This document shows, in pieces, positions 49,300 through 57,850 of a stretch of DNA of 64,000 nt (positions within the stretch are counted from its first letter, which is position 1; every line of letters starts with the position of its first letter). Origin of the DNA: an uncultured Lachnospiraceae bacterium (GTDB taxonomy: Bacteria > Bacillota > Clostridia > Lachnospirales > Lachnospiraceae); the NCBI GenBank assembly GCA_905235435.1, contig CAJOLD010000009.1, forward strand, positions 16,129 through 80,128, in the 5' to 3' direction. The translations under genes were made by a program, and so were the position numbers. Below the pieces are notes generated by a model, which worked only from the letters and a program-made list of their open reading frames with translations, was not told the origin of the DNA and did no database searches.

Positions 49300-49760
49300 T
49301 GCTCTCCTTTTTCTTCCTGCGGATCCTGCTTCTGCATCTCTTCCGTCCCGTCAGAAGGCTCTTTCCAGTCGCCCATACTGCCGATCTCGGTGATATTCTT
49401 ATATTCCATGTCACAGAGCTTCTGCGCGGCCTGGCAGCTGTCTTTGCCGTCCGCTCCGTAGACGTAGATCATCTGCTGCGGATCCGGAAGGACATCCGGG
49501 GCTTTCTGCCCGATATCCTCGAGCGGCAGGCTTACGGCACCCGGAAGATGCTCCTTTTCAAAATCCGCTGCGGGCCTGATATCGACGATCACATAGCCGA
49601 TCTCATATTCCATATATTCCTGCGCTTTTTCCATAGTGAGCTGCTCATAGCGCAAGCCCCTGGAAGGCCTGAAGGTCTTCCACAGGGAATAGACCGATAT
49701 GATCATCACCGCGGCCAGACAGAGGCCGATGATCAAGGTCAGTTTTTTCTTTGTTTTCAT
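49296..49760 (-). CDS. membrane-anchored rhodanese-homology-domain protein (active-site Cys apparently absent)
   Basis: ORF trimmed to ATG 49760 (MKTKKKLTLIIGLCLAAVMII), with GAGGGGAG upstream. It has the rhodanese fold (IVDIRPAADFEKEHLPGAVSLP). The loop reads IYVYGADGKDS where catalytic rhodaneses have CxxGxR(S/T). Confidence 0.65.
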   Translation of the reverse strand: MKTKKKLTLIIGLCLAAVMIISVYSLWKTFRPSRGLRYEQLTMEKAQEYMEYEIGYVIVDIRPAADFEKEHLPGAVSLPLEDIGQKAPDVLPDPQQMIYVYGADGKDSCQAAQKLCDMEYKNITEIGSMGDWKEPSDGTEEMQKQDPQEEKGEQ

Positions 49761-49926
49761 ACAAACTCCCCTCACGATCCCATAAATGCCGGGCAGTTTC
49801 AAGTATATACTATCTGCCTGCAAAAAGCAAATTCGCGGGGCTTCTGCTCTCCCGATGGGCCCGGATACTTGCCGCCATAGTGAAAATATGATATCATTAA
49901 TTAAAAGATGAAGTGAGGTGTTTCTT

Positions 49927-50301
49927 ATGAAATCAAATGAATCGTCGGAAGATTATCTTGAGACTATTCTTGTCCTGAGCAGGGAAAAACCGGTCGTCCG
50001 TTCGGTCGATATCGCGGACCGGCTCGGATACAAAAAATCCAGCGTGAGCGTCGCCATGAAACATCAGCGCGAAGCAGGAAATATCACCGTCACTCCCGAA
50101 GGGTTTATCTATCTAACCAGGAGCGGTCTTCAGATCGCCGAGCGGATCTACGAGCGGCATATTACGTTTACGGACTGGCTGACGAGCCTTGGTGTGGATC
50201 CGGTCGTTGCCGCCAACGACGCCTGCCGCATGGAGCACTTCATCAGCGAGGAGAGCTTCGGCGCGATCAAAGAATACTTAAATAAAGAGCACGCGGACTG
50301 A
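49927..50301 (+). CDS. DtxR/MntR-family metal-dependent transcriptional regulator
   Basis: ORF trimmed to ATG 49927. The N-terminal SEDYLETILVLS and the wHTH plus dimerisation helix pattern match the DtxR family. There is no SH3-like C-terminal domain. Confidence 0.8.
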   Translation: MKSNESSEDYLETILVLSREKPVVRSVDIADRLGYKKSSVSVAMKHQREAGNITVTPEGFIYLTRSGLQIAERIYERHITFTDWLTSLGVDPVVAANDACRMEHFISEESFGAIKEYLNKEHAD

Positions 50302-50323
50302 CGTCCCGTGCTCTTTTCTTTTT
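50286..50323 (+). terminator. terminator of the DtxR-family gene
   Basis: Stem AGAGCACG / CGTGCTCT, with the stop codon in the loop, followed by TTTCTTTTT. Confidence 0.65.
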
Positions 50324-50334
50324 ACTGATATTTA

Positions 50335-50781
50335 TCAGATATAATACATGTTTTCCGCGCCCTGGCGGTTCTGATGATAATCCTGCAGCAGATCCTCCAG
50401 GGTGATCTTCTGGAAAAACCTGTCAAGGTCACGGTTTAAGGGCTCGATCAGGACAGCCTGTACCGATTCCGCGATCCCTTCCATGCTGCAGCCCGGTCCT
50501 GCCGTCTCCTCCGCCTCATAATAGGAACCACTGAGCGCGGTGACGATCTGGGCGGCAGTGATCTGCTCCGCAGGCCGTGCCAGGTAATATCCTCCCATGG
50601 GTCCCTTTACGCTGCAGACAAGCCCTCCTCTTTTGAGTGCTGCAAAGACCTGTTCGAGGTACTGCGGGGAAATGCCGTTTCTCTCGGCGATCTGCGCCAG
50701 AGAGGTCTGTGTATCCGTGGGCTGTGAAGCCAGATCGATCATTGCACGAAGCCCGTACCTGCATTTCTTAGACAACAGCAT
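50335..50781 (-). CDS. Rrf2-family transcriptional regulator
   Basis: 148 aa. The N-terminus MLLSKKCRYGLRAMIDLA is the Rrf2 signature. Confidence 0.85.
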   Translation of the reverse strand: MLLSKKCRYGLRAMIDLASQPTDTQTSLAQIAERNGISPQYLEQVFAALKRGGLVCSVKGPMGGYYLARPAEQITAAQIVTALSGSYYEAEETAGPGCSMEGIAESVQAVLIEPLNRDLDRFFQKITLEDLLQDYHQNRQGAENMYYI

Positions 50782-50844
50782 TTATAATTCCCCTTTCGAT
50801 GTGTATTCTTCTTTCCCTGTATGTTTAGTGGGTATTACTGTTTT

Positions 50845-50873
50845 ATTATAGAGCGCGCCGCATTTCCTGTCAA
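50845..50873 (-). promoter_or_regulatory. consensus sigma-A promoter of the Rrf2-family gene
   Basis: Minus strand: TTGACA, 17-nt spacer, TATAAT. Both hexamers are perfect. Confidence 0.7.
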
Positions 50874-50887
50874 GGCGAAAACAAAAA

Positions 50888-50924
50888 GCGGCGCCCCTCC
50901 GTGTGGAGGAGCGCCGCCCCTTTT
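50888..50924. terminator. terminator after the sugar-binding-protein gene
   Basis: Stem GCGGCGCCCCTCC gtgt GGAGGAGCGCCGC. On the minus strand it is followed by TTTTTGTTTT. CCCTTTT follows on the plus side. Confidence 0.75.
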
Positions 50925-50952
50925 AATATCTCAGCTTATTTCAGTCCGGATA

Positions 50953-51918
50953 TTATTTGAAATCAGCAACGTTGGAAGCGTCAACAGTGGAAACACCAGT
51001 GTCAACAGTCTCGCCGCCAAGATCTTCGCCGTTCTCGATAGCAACGACAGCATCAACAGCCATCTCACCCATAACGTTGGGGTTCTGAGCCATGAATGCA
51101 AGAAGTTCGCCGCCCTCTACATGAGCGATGTTGGAGTCGGACTTATCCCAGCCTACGCAGTAGATGGTCTCGCCGTTAGCGGAAGCATCCTTAACAGCAG
51201 CAGCAGAACCATTGGTAGCGCCATCGTTGGTTCCGTAGATAGCTACGACACCGTTAGCGATCAGGGTGTTAGCAAGCTCCTGAGCCTTGGCATTGTCGCC
51301 GTCAGAGTACTGTCTCTCACCGATGGTGAAGTCAGTGCCTTCGAATACGGAAGCGAAACCGTCGAAACGGTTCTGGCAGGAGTCAACACCAGCCTGAGCA
51401 TCAACGATGCCGATCTCGCCTTCGGTAACGCCAGCTTCGTCCAGAGCAGCCTTCAGATATTCGCCGGCCTGAACGCCGCCCTGATAGTTATCAGTTGCGA
51501 ACGTAGCAGCAGCTTCAACAGTAGCCGGAGAGTCAACATAGATGATCTTGACGCCGGCATCAATAGCCTCTTCGAGAGCCTTGTTGCAGGAAGTTGCGTC
51601 ATTGGCAGCGATCACGATGTAGCCAACGCCGTCAGCGGTAGCGGTCTCGATCTTCTGGATCTGCTGCGCATTGTCCTTGGTCTCGGGAGCAAGCCAGGTA
51701 AGCTCGATGTTTGCGCCGGCCTCGTTGTAGGCAGCTACGCGAGCTTCTGCTGCTTCTTCAAGACGTACCCAATGTACATCCATCTGGTCCATGGTGATAA
51801 CAGCGATCTTCGCTTCAACACCCTCGCCCTTGGAAGCGTCGAAATCTTCTTCCGCGAACGCGCATACGGACAGAGCCATAACAGCAACTGCAGCCAGTGC
51901 GAGTACTCTCTTCTTCAT
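50953..51918 (-). CDS. sugar ABC transporter substrate-binding lipoprotein (RbsB-like, PBP type I)
   Basis: 321 aa. The signal peptide has the lipobox LSVC. The pattern is that of a ribose/monosaccharide binding protein. Confidence 0.82.
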   Translation of the reverse strand: MKKRVLALAAVAVMALSVCAFAEEDFDASKGEGVEAKIAVITMDQMDVHWVRLEEAAEARVAAYNEAGANIELTWLAPETKDNAQQIQKIETATADGVGYIVIAANDATSCNKALEEAIDAGVKIIYVDSPATVEAAATFATDNYQGGVQAGEYLKAALDEAGVTEGEIGIVDAQAGVDSCQNRFDGFASVFEGTDFTIGERQYSDGDNAKAQELANTLIANGVVAIYGTNDGATNGSAAAVKDASANGETIYCVGWDKSDSNIAHVEGGELLAFMAQNPNVMGEMAVDAVVAIENGEDLGGETVDTGVSTVDASNVADFK

Positions 51919-52011
51919 TGATAGTACCTCCTTTAAAAAATGTGATTAATAAAATGTTGATCTATCTACAGGCCCTATGCCTAAGATACAAGGTTATAAA
52001 AGTTTGTCCGA

Positions 52012-52989
52012 TCAGGCGGCTTTCTTCTTTCCGCCGACCTTGAAGCCGCTTCTTCTTACGATATCCAGAAGTACGCAGACGACAACGATGATACCGATGA
52101 TGATGTTTCTCAGAGCCACCGGAACACCTGCCATGGTCAGGCCGTTCTGAAGGATGGCCCATACCGATGCGCCGGCGATCGTTCCGATCAGGTAACCGCT
52201 TCCGCCGAGGGTGGAGATACCGCCGATAACGGCTGCGGCAACACCGTACATCTCATAGGAAAGACCGGCCTGCATGGAGCCCATGCCGGCGGCTGCCATT
52301 GTGATCAGTCCTGCCGTGAAAGAGCAGAAGGACGAGATCATGTAAGCGGTCGCTGTGGTCTTGAAAACATTGACACCGGAAAGCCTTGCCGCGTCGACGT
52401 TGGAACCGATCGCGTAGATATGTCTGCCGGTCCTGGTGAAGTTCATCAGGTAGTTGAAGCAGAACCAGATGATCAGGACGATGATGATGACGCTCCAGTA
52501 GAACGGACCGATCACGCGCTTGTAATAGAAGATGTCGCGGAATAAGGTCTGTGCCTTGCCGCTTCCGATATCGCCGGTGTTGTAGTTGCCGTTTACCAGC
52601 TCCGCAAGGCCGCGGCAGATGGTCATCGTACCCAGGGTGCCGATGAAGGGCGGCAGTTTGAATTTACCGACCAGCACGCCGTTTACAAGTCCTACCGCCA
52701 GGCAGGCGACCAGGTCGATCAGGATGGCAAGCAGCGGATGAACGCCGTTGCAGATCAGCGTTGCCGAGATCATGGCGCTCATACCGAGCACGGAACCGAT
52801 CGAAAGATCGATATTTCCGGTGATACAGACGATACCCTGTCCGATACCTACCAGCAGATACGGGCAGATGGAGCGGACCAGCGGATACAGATTGCGCGTC
52901 CTGATAAAGTTCGGATTCATTATTGTAAATACGATCAGCAGGATCGCTACGCCTACATACGCAGTAACAACAGATGCATATTTTTTCAT
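52012..52989 (-). CDS. sugar ABC transporter permease (RbsC-like)
   Basis: ORF trimmed to ATG 52989, with AAGGAGAG upstream. It has about 10 TM helices, typical of CUT2 permeases. Confidence 0.82.
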   Translation of the reverse strand: MKKYASVVTAYVGVAILLIVFTIMNPNFIRTRNLYPLVRSICPYLLVGIGQGIVCITGNIDLSIGSVLGMSAMISATLICNGVHPLLAILIDLVACLAVGLVNGVLVGKFKLPPFIGTLGTMTICRGLAELVNGNYNTGDIGSGKAQTLFRDIFYYKRVIGPFYWSVIIIVLIIWFCFNYLMNFTRTGRHIYAIGSNVDAARLSGVNVFKTTATAYMISSFCSFTAGLITMAAAGMGSMQAGLSYEMYGVAAAVIGGISTLGGSGYLIGTIAGASVWAILQNGLTMAGVPVALRNIIIGIIVVVCVLLDIVRRSGFKVGGKKKAA

Positions 52990-53022
52990 GATTGCTTCTC
53001 TCCTTCTTTCCAAATTAGAGCG

Positions 53023-54531
53023 TCACACAGCATTGTCTCCGAACTGCGTCGCATAGGTCATGATCTCTTCTTCTGTCGTATCTCTGGGATCCACCTCTCC
53101 GGTGATCTTTCCGTTGCACATCACGATGATGCGGTCTGAAATACCCATGACCTCCGGCATTTCCGAGGATACGATGATCACCGCGATACCGCGTTTCTTC
53201 AGATCGTTGATGATCTCGTAGATCTCGACTTTAGCCGCTACGTCGATACCTCTGGTCGGTTCGTCGAAGATGACGACCCTTGAATCCCTCGCCAGCCATT
53301 TGGCAACGACCACCTTCTGCTGGTTGCCGCCGGAAAGGCTCGCGGCCTCGTTCTCCGGGCTGGCCATCTTGATCGTCAGGGAACTTCTTCCCTTTTCGAT
53401 CATCTCGTTTTCGACCTTCTTATTGATCGTTCCGAAGGGCTTTCCGCAGATCAGGTCCAGATTCGGAAGCGCGATGTTGTCGCGGATCGAAAGCCTGGTG
53501 CAGAGACCCTCTTTCTTACGGTCTTCCGGCGCGAGCACGATACCCTGCCGGATCGCGTCCTCGGGACTGTTTATCACAAGCGACTTTCCGTCGAGAATGA
53601 TCTCTCCGCCCTCCTTCGGATCTGCTCCGAAGATCGCCCTCATGGTCTCCGTACGTCCCGCGCCGACCAGTCCTGAGAAGCCGAGGACTTCGCCCGCGTA
53701 GGCCTCAAAGGAAACATTTCTCACCATTCTGCCGGCGTTGAGGTTTTTGACCTCAAAGACTTTCTCGCCTTTCTCGACCAGATCCCTCGGGAACTGGTTC
53801 GTGATCGAACGGCCTACCATGTTCGCAATGATCTGGTCCATGGTGAAGTCTTCGAAGTTTCCTTCGGTAATGTACTGTCCGTCACGCATGATCGTGACGC
53901 GGTCCACAATGTGGTGAAGCTCCTGGAGACGATGGCTGATGTAAACGATCGCCGTGCCCTGTTCCCTCAGCGTCCTGACGATCCGGAACATCTCCGTGAT
54001 CTCAGCGTTCGAAAGTGAGGAAGAAGGCTCATCCATGACCAGGATCTTTGCGTTGATCAGAAGCGCCTTGCTGATCTCGACCATCTGCTGGCGGCCGACG
54101 GTAAGGTCTCCGACGGTGGTACGCGGATCCAGATCCGTAATACCAAGCTTTGACAGCTGATCTGTCGCCTGGCGGCACATTTCCTTAATGTCCAGACGTC
54201 CGTTTTTGGTAAGCTCACGGCCGAGGAACATATTCTCATATACAGTCAGGTGCTGGCACATGTTCAGCTCCTGATGGATGATTGCCACGCCCAGGTCCTG
54301 CGCCTGTTTTGTATTCAGGTCACCGACCTCCTGGTCAAAAATTTTGACCGTTCCGGAGTCTCTGGTGTAAACGCCCGAGAGGATCTTCATAAGCGTGGAT
54401 TTTCCCGCGCCGTTCTCCCCAAGCAGAGCCATTACTTCTCCGGGCTTTACATGGAGCTGGACATCGTCGAGCGCCTTAACGCCGGGAAAGGTCTTTGTAA
54501 TATGCTCCATAGAGACAGCATACTCGCTCAT
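53023..54531 (-). CDS. sugar ABC transporter ATP-binding protein, duplicated domains (RbsA-like)
   Basis: 502 aa. Walker A is GENGAGKST and the signature is LSGGNQQK. Two nucleotide-binding domains. Confidence 0.88.
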   Translation of the reverse strand: MSEYAVSMEHITKTFPGVKALDDVQLHVKPGEVMALLGENGAGKSTLMKILSGVYTRDSGTVKIFDQEVGDLNTKQAQDLGVAIIHQELNMCQHLTVYENMFLGRELTKNGRLDIKEMCRQATDQLSKLGITDLDPRTTVGDLTVGRQQMVEISKALLINAKILVMDEPSSSLSNAEITEMFRIVRTLREQGTAIVYISHRLQELHHIVDRVTIMRDGQYITEGNFEDFTMDQIIANMVGRSITNQFPRDLVEKGEKVFEVKNLNAGRMVRNVSFEAYAGEVLGFSGLVGAGRTETMRAIFGADPKEGGEIILDGKSLVINSPEDAIRQGIVLAPEDRKKEGLCTRLSIRDNIALPNLDLICGKPFGTINKKVENEMIEKGRSSLTIKMASPENEAASLSGGNQQKVVVAKWLARDSRVVIFDEPTRGIDVAAKVEIYEIINDLKKRGIAVIIVSSEMPEVMGISDRIIVMCNGKITGEVDPRDTTEEEIMTYATQFGDNAV

Positions 54532-54629
54532 AGGTTACTCCTTCCTGCCAATAGTCCGTCTGTTTCGTCATTCAAACTCAAGCAGCCAGCCGCTGCAGAA
54601 CCTGCTGCCTGATACTGCTATCTGGAAAA

Positions 54630-54658
54630 AGCATACGCCGGTGAATTAATAAAGTCAA
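54630..54658 (-). promoter_or_regulatory. internal promoter for the sugar ABC genes
   Basis: Minus strand: TTGACT, 17-nt spacer, TATGCT. The first 14 nt (TTGACTTTATTAAT) are identical to those of the kinase-operon promoter at 58851..58864. Confidence 0.5.
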
Positions 54659-54725
54659 TATACAAAGCACATTTCCCACAAATTGCATGAATATTCACCG
54701 AGCGTTTTGTTCACTTCTTACAAAA

Positions 54726-55412
54726 TCAGTCCTTTGCGGGCGGATACTCGTTGCAGAGCAGACGGTAAGCCGGCTCATCTTCCTCGATGGACGGGAAGCG
54801 GCCGAGCGGCTCCAGGAAACGGTTGTCGCAGTTATCGTCATTGCACATGGAGACTTCGCCGATCAGCGTGGGGATGGAGTCTTCCTTCACCGTGAACTCA
54901 TGATAATAGTACGGATACAGGGAGAGGCTCTCACCCGGCTCAAGGAGGATCTCGGAGCCGGCGGGCACATAGTAGCGGCGGCCGTCTCTGCAGATCAGCA
55001 CATCATTGACGAGGTCAAGCTGCTCGTCCTTGGTCGCGTTCCACAGACGGAATACGACAGTACCGCCTCCGCGGTTGATGATATCTTCCATCTTGTTCCA
55101 GTGGAAATGGTTGGGGGAGATCTGTCCCGGAAGGGTCATCATGATCTTCTCCGCATAGGTCTTCGTATATTTCGGATCATTGACGTTGCCGTTCCTGATC
55201 GTGATGAGGGAAAGGCCCTTCTTCTCGAAGTTGCCCTCGCCGTAGTCCGTGATGTCCCAGCCGAGCGCATTGTCCCTGATCTCATCATACTCATGTCCCT
55301 TGGTCTCCCACTCCTCGGGAGTAAAGGAAAGGAAGGGCGGAAGCTCGAACTTGTACTCCTTGAGGAGCGCTTCGAACTGCTTAATAACGGCGTTGATCTC
55401 TGAACGTTTCAT
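54726..55412 (-). CDS. cupin-type D-lyxose/D-mannose ketol-isomerase family protein
   Basis: 228 aa. YAEKIMMTLPGQISPNHFHWNKMEDIINRGGG and GEVSMCNDDNCDNRFLEP match, from memory, the enterobacterial D-lyxose isomerase family. Confidence 0.7.
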   Translation of the reverse strand: MKRSEINAVIKQFEALLKEYKFELPPFLSFTPEEWETKGHEYDEIRDNALGWDITDYGEGNFEKKGLSLITIRNGNVNDPKYTKTYAEKIMMTLPGQISPNHFHWNKMEDIINRGGGTVVFRLWNATKDEQLDLVNDVLICRDGRRYYVPAGSEILLEPGESLSLYPYYYHEFTVKEDSIPTLIGEVSMCNDDNCDNRFLEPLGRFPSIEEDEPAYRLLCNEYPPAKD

Positions 55413-55450
55413 AATGTTCTCCTTTCTTTGTTCTTTATATCCGATGCCGC

Positions 55451-56516
55451 CTATGAAAGGGCGGCGATCTTCTCATATTCAGCGAGGGCCGCGCTGATCT
55501 CCTCCGCGCCGTCCAGCACGGTAAAGCGGATCTGCCTGCGCTGCTTCTCAAAGGGTCCGATCTTCGGGACGCAGTCCCTCTCATGATGCCACGTGCGTCC
55601 GAAAACGCTCGCGTTGGCGGGCTCCAGACCGATGACATAATCGCCGGAGGCCGTCGACTTCCACTCCATGAAGTACGGAAGGTTCGACACGTTCCAGGAG
55701 AGCGCGAGGCCGATCCCGTACTTTTCGTTGACGGCAACAGCCATGGTATTCCCCTCCGGCCTCCGGGTCAGCCTTCAGATCATGGATAAATACATATTCC
55801 GGTTCGCCGTCCTTCGGCGCGTCCATCCTGTCGTACCTCTCCTCGTGCCCGCGCGCGTCAGAGTCTCTCGCCGTCACCTTCCGGGTGGGCAGATAAAGGC
55901 GCAGGTCCTCGTCGAGGAAGGGCCAGCCGAGATTGATGTGATAAAGCACCATCAGCGCTTCTTCGCTGCACGATTCGTTGATGAACTCGTCCTCCAGGAG
56001 GATCGACTTCTCCCCGTAAACGCTTGTCAGCGACCGGCGCAGAACAAGGTTCTCTCCGAAGAGCATAGCCTCCCTCATCTCGCCGGAGATCCGAAGAACG
56101 TACTTCCCGTCCTCCCAGGAAGCGTCCGCGCACAGATGCTCCGCGGGCGTCGTGCGGATCCTTCCGTGCATCGGATAGTCCGTCCCCTCTATGGTGCAGG
56201 GCGCGCAGATATTTTCGAGCCCCGCCGTAAAGAACAGCCCGCCCATGATGCTGCGCTGCGCTTCCGCCCCGTTCGTGTCATAGTGCGCCCTGCCCTGCAG
56301 GCCGGGCTTGGACAGAAAGGTAAGGTTCATCCCCTTATAGGAGAGCGCGGAGACATCCAGGCACTTGTCCGCAAGGACCTGGTAGGAAAGAGCACCGCAT
56401 TTGACGTCATAGGCGCTCATCCCGCGGCTCCTGCCCTCCGCGAACACGACAGGCCGGATGTAGGCCGCCTGCTGCATGGAACCCGCATACTTTAAAATAT
56501 CGCTGCTGCCGCTCAT
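55451..56516 (-). pseudogene. galactose-mutarotase-like (DUF4432-type) protein, frameshifted by a 7-bp tandem duplication
   Basis: ORF 55581..56516 is plausible up to ...EYVFIHDLKADPE, then reads nonsense. ORF 55451..55744 (+1 frame) supplies the matching C-terminus MAVAVNEKYGIGLALSWNVSNLPYFMEWK.... The junction is the duplication at 55753..55766. The family name is from memory. Confidence 0.7.
55753..55766. repeat. exact 7-bp tandem duplication CCTCCGG CCTCCGG (coding strand CCGGAGG x2)
   Basis: Read directly from the sequence: 55753..55759 is identical to 55760..55766. Confidence 0.97.
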
Positions 56517-56540
56517 TTGCGCCTCCTCTCAAAAGAGCTC

Positions 56541-57113
56541 TCACTCGAGGTTTGCGTGATATTTCCAGAGGGACTTCATATCCAGCCCCTTCTCCTCAAT
56601 GATCATCTTCGCAAGGATATCGCCGACAAGGAGGACGCTCTGCTCAAACAGAGACGTCATGGGCTGGCACGAATCGATCTCGTCGTCCAGGTAGAATTTG
56701 GTCCTCACCGGGATCCTGACCATAAAGTCGGCAATGTCCTTCATCTCACTGTTCGGGTTCGACCCGATGTGGACGATTTTGCAGCCGGCCGCGCTTCTGG
56801 CCTTCTTCGCGATCCCGAGGGGGAACAGGGAAGCGCCGGAACCGGAGCCGACGATCAGCAGATCGTCCTTCGTGATGGCAGGCTCCGTGATCTCGCCGAC
56901 GATATGCGCGTTGATCCCGAGATGCGCAAGGCGTTTACATACACACTCAAGCGCGAGCAGCACGCGCCCCACGCCCACAAAAAAGACCTGGTCCGCCGCG
57001 AGGATCTCGTCCCGAAGCTGCAAAAGCTGCTGCGGATCCACCGCCTTCAGCGTCCTTTGAAGCTCCGCGAGCACCTCATCACATGCTTTCGTATATTCTT
57101 CACCGAATCCCAT
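56541..57113 (-). CDS. SIS-domain sugar-phosphate isomerase (6-phospho-3-hexuloisomerase-like)
   Basis: ORF trimmed to ATG 57113, 4 nt after the epimerase stop, with GAGGGTGAG upstream. The SIS pattern is VFFVGVGRVLLALE followed by LLIVGSGSGAS. Confidence 0.7.
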   Translation of the reverse strand: MGFGEEYTKACDEVLAELQRTLKAVDPQQLLQLRDEILAADQVFFVGVGRVLLALECVCKRLAHLGINAHIVGEITEPAITKDDLLIVGSGSGASLFPLGIAKKARSAAGCKIVHIGSNPNSEMKDIADFMVRIPVRTKFYLDDEIDSCQPMTSLFEQSVLLVGDILAKMIIEEKGLDMKSLWKYHANLE

Positions 57114-57117
57114 CTGC

Positions 57118-57834
57118 TCACCCTCTCTTTCCGCCTGATACGGAGGCGCGCAGCGCCTCAAGGCTCTCAAGGCTCCCGGCCAGGTCATTCCTGTCGATGC
57201 AGGTGCTTCCCGTTACAAAAAGATTGACCGTGCCGTCTCCGTAGGTCTCCAGGTCCTTCCTGGAGATCCTGCCGTCCACCTCGATCTTTGTATCGAGCCC
57301 GCGCTCGTCGATCATCCTGCGAAGGTCACGGATCTTGCGGTCCGCGTAGGGGACCTGCTTTTCACCCTTCACAAAGGCGTAGCCCGGGTTGATGAGCATC
57401 AGAAGGACCGTATCGCATTTCTCAAGGACATAGTCCACAGCGGAAAGCGGTGTCGCGGGACGCAGGGCAACGCCCGCGCGCACTCCCGCGGCATGGATCC
57501 TGTTCAGCATGCCGTCGATATGCGGCTGTGTCTCGGCGTGAAAAACGATCTGCTCTACGCCGATATCGAGCAGTTCGTCGACGAAGTAATCCTGCTGGGT
57601 CACCATGACGTGGCAGTCGAACTGAAGGTCCGTCTTCGCCCGAAGCTGCCGGACTGTGTCCAGTCCGAGCGGCATGCTCGGGGAGAAATGCCCGTCAAGG
57701 ATATCTACGTGCAGCATGGAGATCCCCGCCTGTTCAAGGATCCTGCACTGGCTCTCGAGGTTGCACATATCAAGGCAGATCAGGGAAGGAGACAGAATAC
57801 AGGATTCCTTCCATACTTCAGCAGTATTTTGCAT
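57118..57834 (-). CDS. ribulose-phosphate/allulose-6-phosphate 3-epimerase family protein
   Basis: ORF trimmed to ATG 57834, with AGGGGTGAGAGG upstream. SPSLICLDMCNLE and HVDILDGHFSPSMPLG are the RPE-family TIM-barrel motifs. Confidence 0.8.
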   Translation of the reverse strand: MQNTAEVWKESCILSPSLICLDMCNLESQCRILEQAGISMLHVDILDGHFSPSMPLGLDTVRQLRAKTDLQFDCHVMVTQQDYFVDELLDIGVEQIVFHAETQPHIDGMLNRIHAAGVRAGVALRPATPLSAVDYVLEKCDTVLLMLINPGYAFVKGEKQVPYADRKIRDLRRMIDERGLDTKIEVDGRISRKDLETYGDGTVNLFVTGSTCIDRNDLAGSLESLEALRASVSGGKRG

Positions 57835-57850
57835 CCTCTCACCCCTCTTC

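Noticed and set aside
50821-51921. 366-aa Ser/Val/Gly-rich ORF on the plus strand covering the sugar-binding-protein gene.
   Set aside because: It is antisense to a clear RbsB-like lipoprotein gene that has a lipobox and an RBS. Its composition is low-complexity, it has no start context, and it runs through a terminator hairpin.
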